Part shown: positions 28,130 to 36,133 of the stretch, in pieces
Position numbering within the stretch: the stretch's first letter is position 1
Layout: each line of letters starts with the position of its first letter
Source of the DNA: Lachnospiraceae bacterium
GTDB lineage: Bacteria > Bacillota > Clostridia > Lachnospirales > Lachnospiraceae
DNA length: 64,000 bases
Assembly: GCA_045117315.1 (NCBI GenBank)
Contig: JBGUNJ010000204.1
Span: 4,378 to 68,377 of the forward strand
Reading direction: 5' to 3'
The notes under the pieces: generated by a model
The model's input: the letters and a program-made list of their open reading frames with translations, nothing else
Databases searched by the model: none
What the model was told of the DNA's origin: nothing
Translations under genes and position numbers: made by a program

Positions 28130-29424
28130 GTCTGATAGAGATCAGAGATCTGAAAAAAGAATATGGCTCTGTCTCCCCTCTGAAGGGAGTCAACGCGGAC
28201 ATCGAAGAGGGAGAAGTGATCAGCATCATCGGCCCCTCCGGGACCGGAAAATCCACACTTCTCCGCTGTATCAACCGGCTGGAGACTCCCACCTCGGGAA
28301 CCGTGACCGTGGACGGCGTAAACGTGTGCGACACTTCCGCAGACCTTCCAAAAATTCGCAGGATCATGGGAATGGTCTTCCAATCCTTTAACCTCTTTCC
28401 CCACAAAATGGCGGTGGAAAATATCATGATCCCGCAGCAGAGCCTTCTGGGAAAATCTCTTCAGGACGCCTACAGCGAAGCCATGGAACAGCTGGCAAGA
28501 GTCGGCCTGGCCGACAAGGCCCGCCACTATCCCGACGAACTGTCCGGTGGCCAGAAGCAGCGCGTCGCCATCGCCAGAGCCCTGGCCATGCACCCAAAGA
28601 TCCTGCTTTTCGATGAGCCGACCAGTGCCCTGGATCCAACTATGGTGTCCGAGGTGCTCTCCGTCATCCGAGACCTGGCCGGCACCGGCCTGACCATGCT
28701 GATCGTGACCCACGAAATGCGCCTTGCCAAAAACGTCTCCGACCGGATCTTCTTCATGAATGAGGGCGAGATCTGCGAAGAAGGACCTCCTGAGCAGATC
28801 TTCGAAAACCCCCGCCGCGAGGCCACCAGGAACTTTATCTTCCGCATCCGCAACTGGAATTACAAGCTGTCCCCCACCGAACAGGACTTCCCCGCGATGA
28901 TGGCCTCCCTGGAAAAATTCTGCAAGGACCAGTTCCTGGGCAGACGCCAGGCCGACAACTGCCAGCTTGCCGTGGAGGAACTGGCATCATCCGTCCTCCT
29001 GCCCGCGATTAACCGGACCAAGCAGGGCTCCTTCTCCCTCACTCTCCAGGCCGGGGAAGAAGGCACCAACCGCAAACTTACTCTGGACGGAAGCGATTTC
29101 CCGGAGTGGAAACCGATCGCGGATAAGCTGACAGAGATAATTCCCGCGGACGAAGGTGCGGAAAAGCCCCTGGCTGAAAAAGAAGACAAAGTGGCGAAAT
29201 ACGGTACCGGCACCGGGGCGACTTCTGATAAAAATGATTCCTCCGCAGCCGTGTTTGAAACAAATCCCGATATCAGCGATCTATCTACGAATCGGCAAAA
29301 GAAGAGAGCACACGGATCAGAAGGAGAAACCATTGAAGAGGCCTCCGCAGCGATCCTCGCGAAACTGCTCAGACGACTTCCTGAAGAAGGAAAGCCCAAT
29401 ACTGCTGAATTCAGGATTCTTTGA
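28126..29424 (+). CDS. Amino-acid ABC transporter ATP-binding protein with a ~170-aa C-terminal extension
   Basis: GPSGTGKST (Walker A), LSGGQKQRVAIARAL (signature) and ILLFDEPTSALD (Walker B) are present. The ATGA start overlaps the permease stop. The tail after about residue 250 has no motif I recognise. Confidence 0.85.
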   Translation: MSLIEIRDLKKEYGSVSPLKGVNADIEEGEVISIIGPSGTGKSTLLRCINRLETPTSGTVTVDGVNVCDTSADLPKIRRIMGMVFQSFNLFPHKMAVENIMIPQQSLLGKSLQDAYSEAMEQLARVGLADKARHYPDELSGGQKQRVAIARALAMHPKILLFDEPTSALDPTMVSEVLSVIRDLAGTGLTMLIVTHEMRLAKNVSDRIFFMNEGEICEEGPPEQIFENPRREATRNFIFRIRNWNYKLSPTEQDFPAMMASLEKFCKDQFLGRRQADNCQLAVEELASSVLLPAINRTKQGSFSLTLQAGEEGTNRKLTLDGSDFPEWKPIADKLTEIIPADEGAEKPLAEKEDKVAKYGTGTGATSDKNDSSAAVFETNPDISDLSTNRQKKRAHGSEGETIEEASAAILAKLLRRLPEEGKPNTAEFRIL

Positions 29425-29675
29425 AACAACATTTTTGCGTTTTGTTTAGAATTATTGAGCTATAAGCGCTACTTTATCGTATTTTTTACGAGGAAGATTG
29501 CTGGATGAATATTGAATCTGCATGATTAGTCAGACTAAGAAACTGAGTTGAAACGAATCATTGTTAGAAGAGGGTTGTTGCCAAGAAGACTAACATTATA
29601 TTTGCACACAAATGGTGAATGCCCTGACTATGTAATGCGGAAATCAAAAAGATGTTTTTTTGAGAGGAGGAAAAA

Positions 29676-31073
29676 ATGAATTGTCCGTATTGTAATCAGG
29701 AAGTTATGCCGGGGAATAAGTTTTGCCCTAACTGCGGAGCAAAGCTGATACAAGATTCCAATATTAATCCAGGGGTGAATGCACAACCTGTTAATAATGG
29801 AATTGGTCAGAATGGCCAGTATCAACAGATGAATACTCCTCAGCCGCAGGGAGGACAGCCATATAATCAATATCAGCAGCAGGGACGACAGCAAGGGCAG
29901 CCAAATTATCAAACCCAATACCAGGGAGGACAGCCGGGGCAGCCAAATTATCAATCCCAATATCAGGGAGTCCAGCCGGGACAGCCATATAATCAATCTT
30001 CAATACCGTCCCCTAACAACCAGAATAATACTAAGAAGAGAAGAAGGAAAAAAGGCGGATTTGTCAAATATGTACCTTTAGTTGTTTGCGGCCTACTCGC
30101 CATTATTCTTTTGGGAGCATTGTTTTCGGATTCTGATGAAAAACCCCAGGAAAAAGAACAGGTCACAAGTGAAGAAAAGGCAATTACAGAAACAGAAGAA
30201 ACTGTTGAAAGCCAGGCGGAAGCAGAAAATGGAGAAGAAAACCAGGGCCAGGCTGAAATAGAAGGAAATGCATCTGATACTGAAATTATTGTGGAGGAGG
30301 AAAGGCGAGATCCTGCGGAATTAGATTTTTCTGCTGCCAGAGAAGAACTTGAAAACGGTGGGTATGCATATATCACACTGGAAGATATGAGCCGCTATAT
30401 TGTCAATATGACCGGACAGAGAATATATACAGTCATGACAGTGGGCGATGTTAAGTCTGACAGAGTTCAGACACATGCTGACGATGGTTTTCTTTACCAG
30501 TCATTCGTAACACCAATAGATTATTCAGAGTATTTTCATGAAGGCGATGTTGTTGCAGTTTTTGGAACTGTTGGTGAAACACAGAAATTATTCGGAGCGG
30601 ATTGGACCGATGTTGTTGACAGTCAAGTGTTTGCATATGGAGAAGAGGCGGAAGCTTATAGGAAAGATTCTACAGATGAGTCACTTTCGGGGTATCTTGT
30701 TTTGACAGAAGCAGTTGCGAACTCGCAAGGAAAAAACAAGATCAGCGAGGATGAATTCAAGTCTCTTTGTGAATACTATTCATATGAAGATATACTTCGT
30801 AATCCTGACAGCTATGAGAAGAGATATGCAGTTCTCTCTGGCGTAGTCGATCAAAGTGCTGAAGGTGTTTTTGGCTTGTATACCACTTTGTATATAACAG
30901 ATGGAAATGGCGATAAATGGGATTGCACAATCACTTATAAAGAAGGGCAAAGCCATATTCTGGAAGGAGACTATGTAACGGTTTATGGAATATTAAACGG
31001 TACATCGACAGCTACCACTGTTTTAGGACAACAAGTCACCATGCCTTCTCTTCAGATTGAATATGTTGAGTGA
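29676..31073 (+). CDS. Zinc-ribbon membrane protein with a Q/P/G/Y-rich region
   Basis: MNCPYCNQEVMPGNKFCPNCG is a zinc ribbon. QGGQPGQPNYQSQYQG-type repeats and a TM segment (YVPLVVCGLLAIILLGALF) follow. Strong RBS gagaggaggaaaaa. This is the first gene of the A+T-rich block. Confidence 0.65.
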   Translation: MNCPYCNQEVMPGNKFCPNCGAKLIQDSNINPGVNAQPVNNGIGQNGQYQQMNTPQPQGGQPYNQYQQQGRQQGQPNYQTQYQGGQPGQPNYQSQYQGVQPGQPYNQSSIPSPNNQNNTKKRRRKKGGFVKYVPLVVCGLLAIILLGALFSDSDEKPQEKEQVTSEEKAITETEETVESQAEAENGEENQGQAEIEGNASDTEIIVEEERRDPAELDFSAAREELENGGYAYITLEDMSRYIVNMTGQRIYTVMTVGDVKSDRVQTHADDGFLYQSFVTPIDYSEYFHEGDVVAVFGTVGETQKLFGADWTDVVDSQVFAYGEEAEAYRKDSTDESLSGYLVLTEAVANSQGKNKISEDEFKSLCEYYSYEDILRNPDSYEKRYAVLSGVVDQSAEGVFGLYTTLYITDGNGDKWDCTITYKEGQSHILEGDYVTVYGILNGTSTATTVLGQQVTMPSLQIEYVE

Positions 31074-31160
31074 ATAATTTCCGTTGAGAACAGTTAACAG
31101 GTTCAATATCGCAAATTATCTATTGCTGAAAATGGTGCATTCAAAGGCAGGTAGAAACTA

Positions 31161-32006
31161 ATGTCTACTGAGAACTATGTCTATAAAAAAGAAGTTGATT
31201 GGTCCCTCTTCAACTATGGTTTCGCTATTCCCTTGGAATATCAAGTGGTCTTCAAACAGATTGCCGGCCGCTTTCTTGAGCGTGGAGAATCTAAACCAAT
31301 CAAGCTTTATTTGAACGGAAAATCTTATGAAGCTAAGCTCCAGAACAACCGGATAGACAAAAAATTCGGAAGCAGGGCCGATATTGTTCAAATTCGCTAT
31401 TCTCAGAACTCGGACATTGCGATTGCGCTGAGAGGTTCCTTTCAGCGCAGCTACCTGTATATCCAGAAGATAAAGCAGATGCAGCAAAAAGGATCTAAGT
31501 CACGAGTGTCGCTGCCCGAGGATTACAAAGAGTATTTGGTAATTTACACCACCGAATATGATGATTCCTATATCCTTGAGGCCATCGGTTCAGAGGAAGT
31601 CGAAACGATGAGAGAGGCTGTTAAAGGGAAAGCAGAGCGTACGGTGGAGTCAGAAATCGATTACGAAGCTGTGGATGAGGGAGCCGGTATTCAAACAAAT
31701 CATCGATTGGTCAAGCTTAGGAAACTAAATAGGAAGATTGGAGAAAATCTGAAATTACTGTACGGGTATCGCTGCCAGCTCTGCGGTCAGCTGATTGGAG
31801 AGGAATTCGGTTCTCACATTGCAGAGGCTCATCACATAGAATATTTCGTGAAGAGCCTGAATAACGATGCCAGCAACCAGATTATCGTCTGTCCAAATCA
31901 CCACAGTATCATTCATGATGCGGATCCGGTCTTTGACAGGAAACGAAAGCTGTATAGGTACGGAAATGGGAAGGAGCAGAGGTTAGTTCTGAATCGACAT
32001 CTTTGA
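31161..32006 (+). CDS. HNH endonuclease with an uncharacterised N-terminal (possibly DNA-binding) domain
   Basis: The C-terminal CQLCGQ...AEAHHIEYFVKSLNNDASNQIIVCPNHHSIIHD is a beta-beta-alpha-Me HNH motif. The N-terminal ~110 aa (GFAIPLEYQVVF...IKLYLNGKSYEAKLQNN) are unassigned. Confidence 0.8.
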   Translation: MSTENYVYKKEVDWSLFNYGFAIPLEYQVVFKQIAGRFLERGESKPIKLYLNGKSYEAKLQNNRIDKKFGSRADIVQIRYSQNSDIAIALRGSFQRSYLYIQKIKQMQQKGSKSRVSLPEDYKEYLVIYTTEYDDSYILEAIGSEEVETMREAVKGKAERTVESEIDYEAVDEGAGIQTNHRLVKLRKLNRKIGENLKLLYGYRCQLCGQLIGEEFGSHIAEAHHIEYFVKSLNNDASNQIIVCPNHHSIIHDADPVFDRKRKLYRYGNGKEQRLVLNRHL

Positions 32007-32177
32007 TGTTTTTGTCTTTTGATATCTATTAAAAAAAGCTATGAACAAAGTACTCTGGGTCATGCCACACAGGATACAAAGAGAACAGACAAACTGAATT
32101 GGCTTGATAATGAAAAAACATAAGCTGAAGCAGCTATATCCATAGAGCGCATTAACTTAATCAGTTAAATTAATAAC

Positions 32178-32774
32178 ATGAATACAAACACCACACTTGA
32201 TTATTACAATAATAACGCGTATCGCTTCACAGCGGATACCCTGGATGTCGAATTCTCCGACATCCAGGACCATTTCCTTGCCGAATTGCAGCCCGGGGCA
32301 TTGATCCTTGATTTTGGTTGCGGTTCTGGCCGTGACAGCCGATATTTCCTTCAAAAAGGGTACAAAGTTGAAGCCTGCGACGGATCGGAAGAGATGGTGA
32401 AAACAGCAACCAAAAACGCGGGAATTCCTGTAAAGCAGATGTTGTTTTCTGAGCTGGATGAGCAGGAGCGGTTTGATGGGATTTTTGCCTGTGCTTCGAT
32501 TTTGCATGTGCCGTCAGCAGAGCTTCCGGACATTATCGGGAAGATGAAGAAAGCTGTGAAAAAGGGTGGCATTCTGTACATATCTTTTAAATACGGAACC
32601 TTTGAGGGGGTCCGCAATGGCAGGTATTTTACTGATCAGACAAAAGAGAGTCTCAAACAGATTCTTGATCAGGTCGGCGGACTAAACATTATCAGCACTG
32701 GAATTACAGGCGATGCCAGGCCGGGAAGAGAAGACGAGAAATGGCTGAATGTATTGCTTCGCAGGAGAGCTTGA
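32178..32774 (+). CDS. Class I SAM-dependent methyltransferase (small-molecule-type fold; no DNA-methyltransferase motif IV)
   Basis: ILDFGCGSGRDSRYF (motif I) and KVEACDGSEEM (motif II) are present. No (D/N/S)PPY or PC-Q motif is visible. Confidence 0.75.
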   Translation: MNTNTTLDYYNNNAYRFTADTLDVEFSDIQDHFLAELQPGALILDFGCGSGRDSRYFLQKGYKVEACDGSEEMVKTATKNAGIPVKQMLFSELDEQERFDGIFACASILHVPSAELPDIIGKMKKAVKKGGILYISFKYGTFEGVRNGRYFTDQTKESLKQILDQVGGLNIISTGITGDARPGREDEKWLNVLLRRRA

Positions 32775-35368
32775 ATAATACAATCGAATATTGTCAAAGC
32801 GAATTACTGAAACGGATTCAAGAAGACTGCGGACTGAAGCTGGCAGAAAACTATTACTATGATGAAAAGCATCACTCCGCAGTTCTGCTCTGTGATAAAA
32901 CCTGCGTCGTACTGGACTTTGATCTTTGCTCAGTCGATGAGAACACAGATAAGGTTTTTGACTACTCAAAATACTGCGAGATGCAGAATGCCTGGATGCT
33001 GTCCTCCGACAGATTATTCCGTTTCTATATTCCTGCGGAATCCTTTTCTGGGAAACCAGATTCATCTGATTCTACAGATTCCTCCCTGAAATCCTGTAGA
33101 ACAGATTTCATCCAGCCTGTCTGCGATGAAATCAACCATTGGCTGACCCTGGATCCCGGGAATATCGAGGTCAGTGATAACGGTGGATCATTTGATAAAG
33201 GGCATATTGATAATACTCCTCTTGAGAAGACATTCGAGGATTTATTTATTGATGCCTATGGTTATGATGCCTTGAATTATCTGCAGAAAGAGTACTCAAT
33301 ATCCCTTAATCAGGGAAGAAATGCTTTTGTTGATTATGTGATTGAGACTGCTGAAGGTACCTTTGCTGTAGAAGAAAACGGTGTTCGCTACCATCACCCA
33401 CAGATTATTCACTTGGCTGCTTACAGCAGACAACTGGAAAAGCAGAATACCCTAAGTCTTCTGGGATTCAAGACATACAGATTTTCTTTTGAAAACCTAC
33501 GATTCCGGGAGCAGGCAATCGACAGTATAAGGACCTTTTTCGGGCCGAAGAGCGGCTTCCGCAGTGCTCATCTGATTAAAGGTACAAGACCTTTCGCTCT
33601 CTATACCCATCAGGAGACCTTTCTGAAGGAAATGAATGAAGCCCGTGAAAATGGCATTACAACATCTTTGATTGTCAGTCCGACCGGTTCCGGAAAGTCT
33701 CAGATTGCGATTGAAGATATCAATGAGCTTCAGATAGAAGGCAAAATCAGCCGCGTACTGATTATGGTTCCGACCACCCGTATCCGTGAAGACTGGGAAA
33801 AGCGTCTTACTTCATACAGGGGTAAGCTCGATATTACCATTGATCTGTATAACAGATCCTTCCTGAGAAGGAGTGACACACCGCCGGATTATTATGATTA
33901 TCTGCTGTTTGATGAGGCGCAGCACGCGCAGGCGGCAAACTGTGCCAAGACCCTGCAGTTTTTTACCCCTAAATATCTGGTGGGCCTTACAGCAACTCCC
34001 GACCGCCTGGACCACAAAAAACTGGAAGATATCTTCGGCCATTACAAGACATCAATGACTCTGAAGGAAGCTATAGACAAGGATATTATCGCCAATATTC
34101 GCTGCTTCCGGCTTATATCCAATATCGATCTTTCCATGGTCCGTTATAACGGAAAAGATTATAACTATGCGGATCTGGAAAAAACTCTGATAGTGGAATC
34201 CCGCAACGAACTCATCGTAAAAACATTAAAGAAATACTTCTTCCCCAGAGAAGATTTCTATAAACAGGGGATACTGTTTTGTGTGAATGTAAGCCATTGT
34301 AAGAAGCTGGAAAAACTCATGACAGCTGCCGGATTTAAAGCGAAAGCTGTTTACGGCGGAAACAAGCACAATGACGAAATCTTTGAGAAATACGCGAACA
34401 GACAAACCCAGTTCCTTATATCCTGCCAGCTGATTTCGGAAGGGTGGGATTCCCCCCAGACCGAAGTGGTTGTCATGGCTCGTCCGACCCTGTCTAAGGT
34501 ACTCTACACACAGCAGATCGGACGCGGCGTCCGCAAATATCCTGGAAAAGAATGCCTCTATGTTATCGATGTGGTTGATAACTATGAAGGAAAGCTTTCC
34601 CCGATGAACTTCAATGCCCTGTTTGGACTGTCCCATTATTCGGATTTCATGGGCGTCAAAAACAATAACCATGACTATCTGTCAATCCTGGGACTGGACG
34701 AGACAGAGATTGCCATGCAGGAGATTGACATTCATACATTTGAAGAGAAATACAGCGGATATCTTTCTCCGGAGCAGGCAGCACGAGAACTCTTCATCGG
34801 CACTGCAACCATCATGAGCTGGTACAGAAAAGACAATTCCATCAGCTCCCTGCAACTTCCGATCGGATCACGCATGGTTCCGTATTTTTCTGAGGACGAC
34901 ATAGAAATAATCCGTGAAAGTCGCGGACTCGGACGTCACGATGACACAACTATCCTGAAAGACTTTGAAGATTTCATCGATGAAAACACACTGACATTCT
35001 CCTTCAAACTGATCTTCATGCTCAGCATGCTGAAACTGGCGGACAAGGAGGGCGAGGTCAATATCGATGACCTGATCAACGAATACCGTTCATTTTACGT
35101 TGACAGGATTGAACGAGGACTGCCGGTTGACAGACCAAATTGTGCGTATACAAAAGAATTCCTCGATGATCTTGTCAAAGTAAAAAGATCGATCCTGACA
35201 AACCCATTTGAAAAGTTTGAGCGCAAACGCTTTGTCTATTATTCAAAGGACCTGAACATGCTGTCCTTCCATCCGGCACTGTGGGAGCAGATGACGAAGG
35301 AGAAGAAACAAGTGATCAGGGAGAAGGAAGAACGGTTTTTGGAAGAGTATTATGAGAAGATTGGGTAA
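32741..35368 (+). CDS. SF2 DEAD/DEAH-box (type III restriction Res-like) helicase with an N-terminal DUF559/Vsr-like nuclease fold and a C-terminal extension
   Basis: Nuclease-like VDYVIETAEGTFAVEENGVRYHH...GFKTYRFSFENL, then SPTGSGKS (motif I), LLFDEAQHA (II), GLTATP (III) and QQIGRGVR (VI). The start overlaps the methyltransferase gene by 34 nt. Confidence 0.8.
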   Translation: MAECIASQESLNNTIEYCQSELLKRIQEDCGLKLAENYYYDEKHHSAVLLCDKTCVVLDFDLCSVDENTDKVFDYSKYCEMQNAWMLSSDRLFRFYIPAESFSGKPDSSDSTDSSLKSCRTDFIQPVCDEINHWLTLDPGNIEVSDNGGSFDKGHIDNTPLEKTFEDLFIDAYGYDALNYLQKEYSISLNQGRNAFVDYVIETAEGTFAVEENGVRYHHPQIIHLAAYSRQLEKQNTLSLLGFKTYRFSFENLRFREQAIDSIRTFFGPKSGFRSAHLIKGTRPFALYTHQETFLKEMNEARENGITTSLIVSPTGSGKSQIAIEDINELQIEGKISRVLIMVPTTRIREDWEKRLTSYRGKLDITIDLYNRSFLRRSDTPPDYYDYLLFDEAQHAQAANCAKTLQFFTPKYLVGLTATPDRLDHKKLEDIFGHYKTSMTLKEAIDKDIIANIRCFRLISNIDLSMVRYNGKDYNYADLEKTLIVESRNELIVKTLKKYFFPREDFYKQGILFCVNVSHCKKLEKLMTAAGFKAKAVYGGNKHNDEIFEKYANRQTQFLISCQLISEGWDSPQTEVVVMARPTLSKVLYTQQIGRGVRKYPGKECLYVIDVVDNYEGKLSPMNFNALFGLSHYSDFMGVKNNNHDYLSILGLDETEIAMQEIDIHTFEEKYSGYLSPEQAARELFIGTATIMSWYRKDNSISSLQLPIGSRMVPYFSEDDIEIIRESRGLGRHDDTTILKDFEDFIDENTLTFSFKLIFMLSMLKLADKEGEVNIDDLINEYRSFYVDRIERGLPVDRPNCAYTKEFLDDLVKVKRSILTNPFEKFERKRFVYYSKDLNMLSFHPALWEQMTKEKKQVIREKEERFLEEYYEKIG

Positions 35369-35622
35369 TGGCAAGCAATTGTTTCTAAGACTGCCCTGAT
35401 TAATAAGTAATAGATTAGCATCAAAGTAGAAATTCACTGTTTTTCAATATGATATTGTGCTTTTACCATGGCGCTGTTATATCATATTATTTTTGCTTAA
35501 ACTACACAGTCTAAGGAGTCAGCACATGGTATTCATCAAAAACAAAAAAAGATTTTCGTAATGAAAACAGGTTAATTATCTATCCACCTAATCAACTAAC
35601 AAAAGACTATGAGGATTCGTGA

Positions 35623-36133
35623 AAAAGATTAGCTACAATCGTACCAAGGGCACTTATGGCAGCGCCACATTTACGGAGAAAAGAACAGCGACTATTCACG
35701 CACTTACAGATAAAGAAGAATGTGCAGGATTATAGCTTTGCCGACGGCTATGCAAAGGAAACAGTGTAGAACGCCGTATGGTCGAGGATATGGATCTAAC
35801 GGAAGAAAATCTGCATCTCTACCAAGTTGTCGAAGGGAATCTACATGCCGACACCTGTGGGAAATAATCTTCTCCGTCTGGTCCATTGCCTTCAACATAT
35901 GGTCAGGGAAGCATATCTTCTTTATTGCCGAACCAAAAGGCACTATGGAGACGCTGTACATCAAGCCCATAGAACAGGCCAAAATCAATTGTGTAAAGAA
36001 GCTGTTTGCAGACCTCTACGCAGTAGACATGGTTTACCGTAATGTGGACAGCTGCCAGAGTCTGTTTAACATCATGGAGAGTTGCAACAAAGAACTAGAA
36101 AGGATAATACTATGGCGCAGCATATTACTGTAA
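35623..36133 (+). pseudogene. Frameshifted remnant of the 3' end of a type III-like restriction enzyme Res subunit
   Basis: Fragments in two frames resemble a Res C-terminal nuclease region. These are IYMPTPVGNN then (frameshift) FSVWSIAF, then GKHIFFIAEPKGTMETLYIKPIEQAKINCVKKLF, compared with the TPxGxYxPDWAI ... YFVxETKG ... KIxCxxxHF layout recalled from memory. Stops interrupt the upstream sequence. Confidence 0.45.

Noticed and set aside
32178-32774. SAM methyltransferase as the modification half of a classical restriction-modification system
   Set aside because: Motif I is present, but there is no (D/N/S)PPY, TSPPY or PC-Q/ENV motif. The size and layout fit small-molecule-type class I methyltransferases. 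I kept it only as part of an unexplained cassette.
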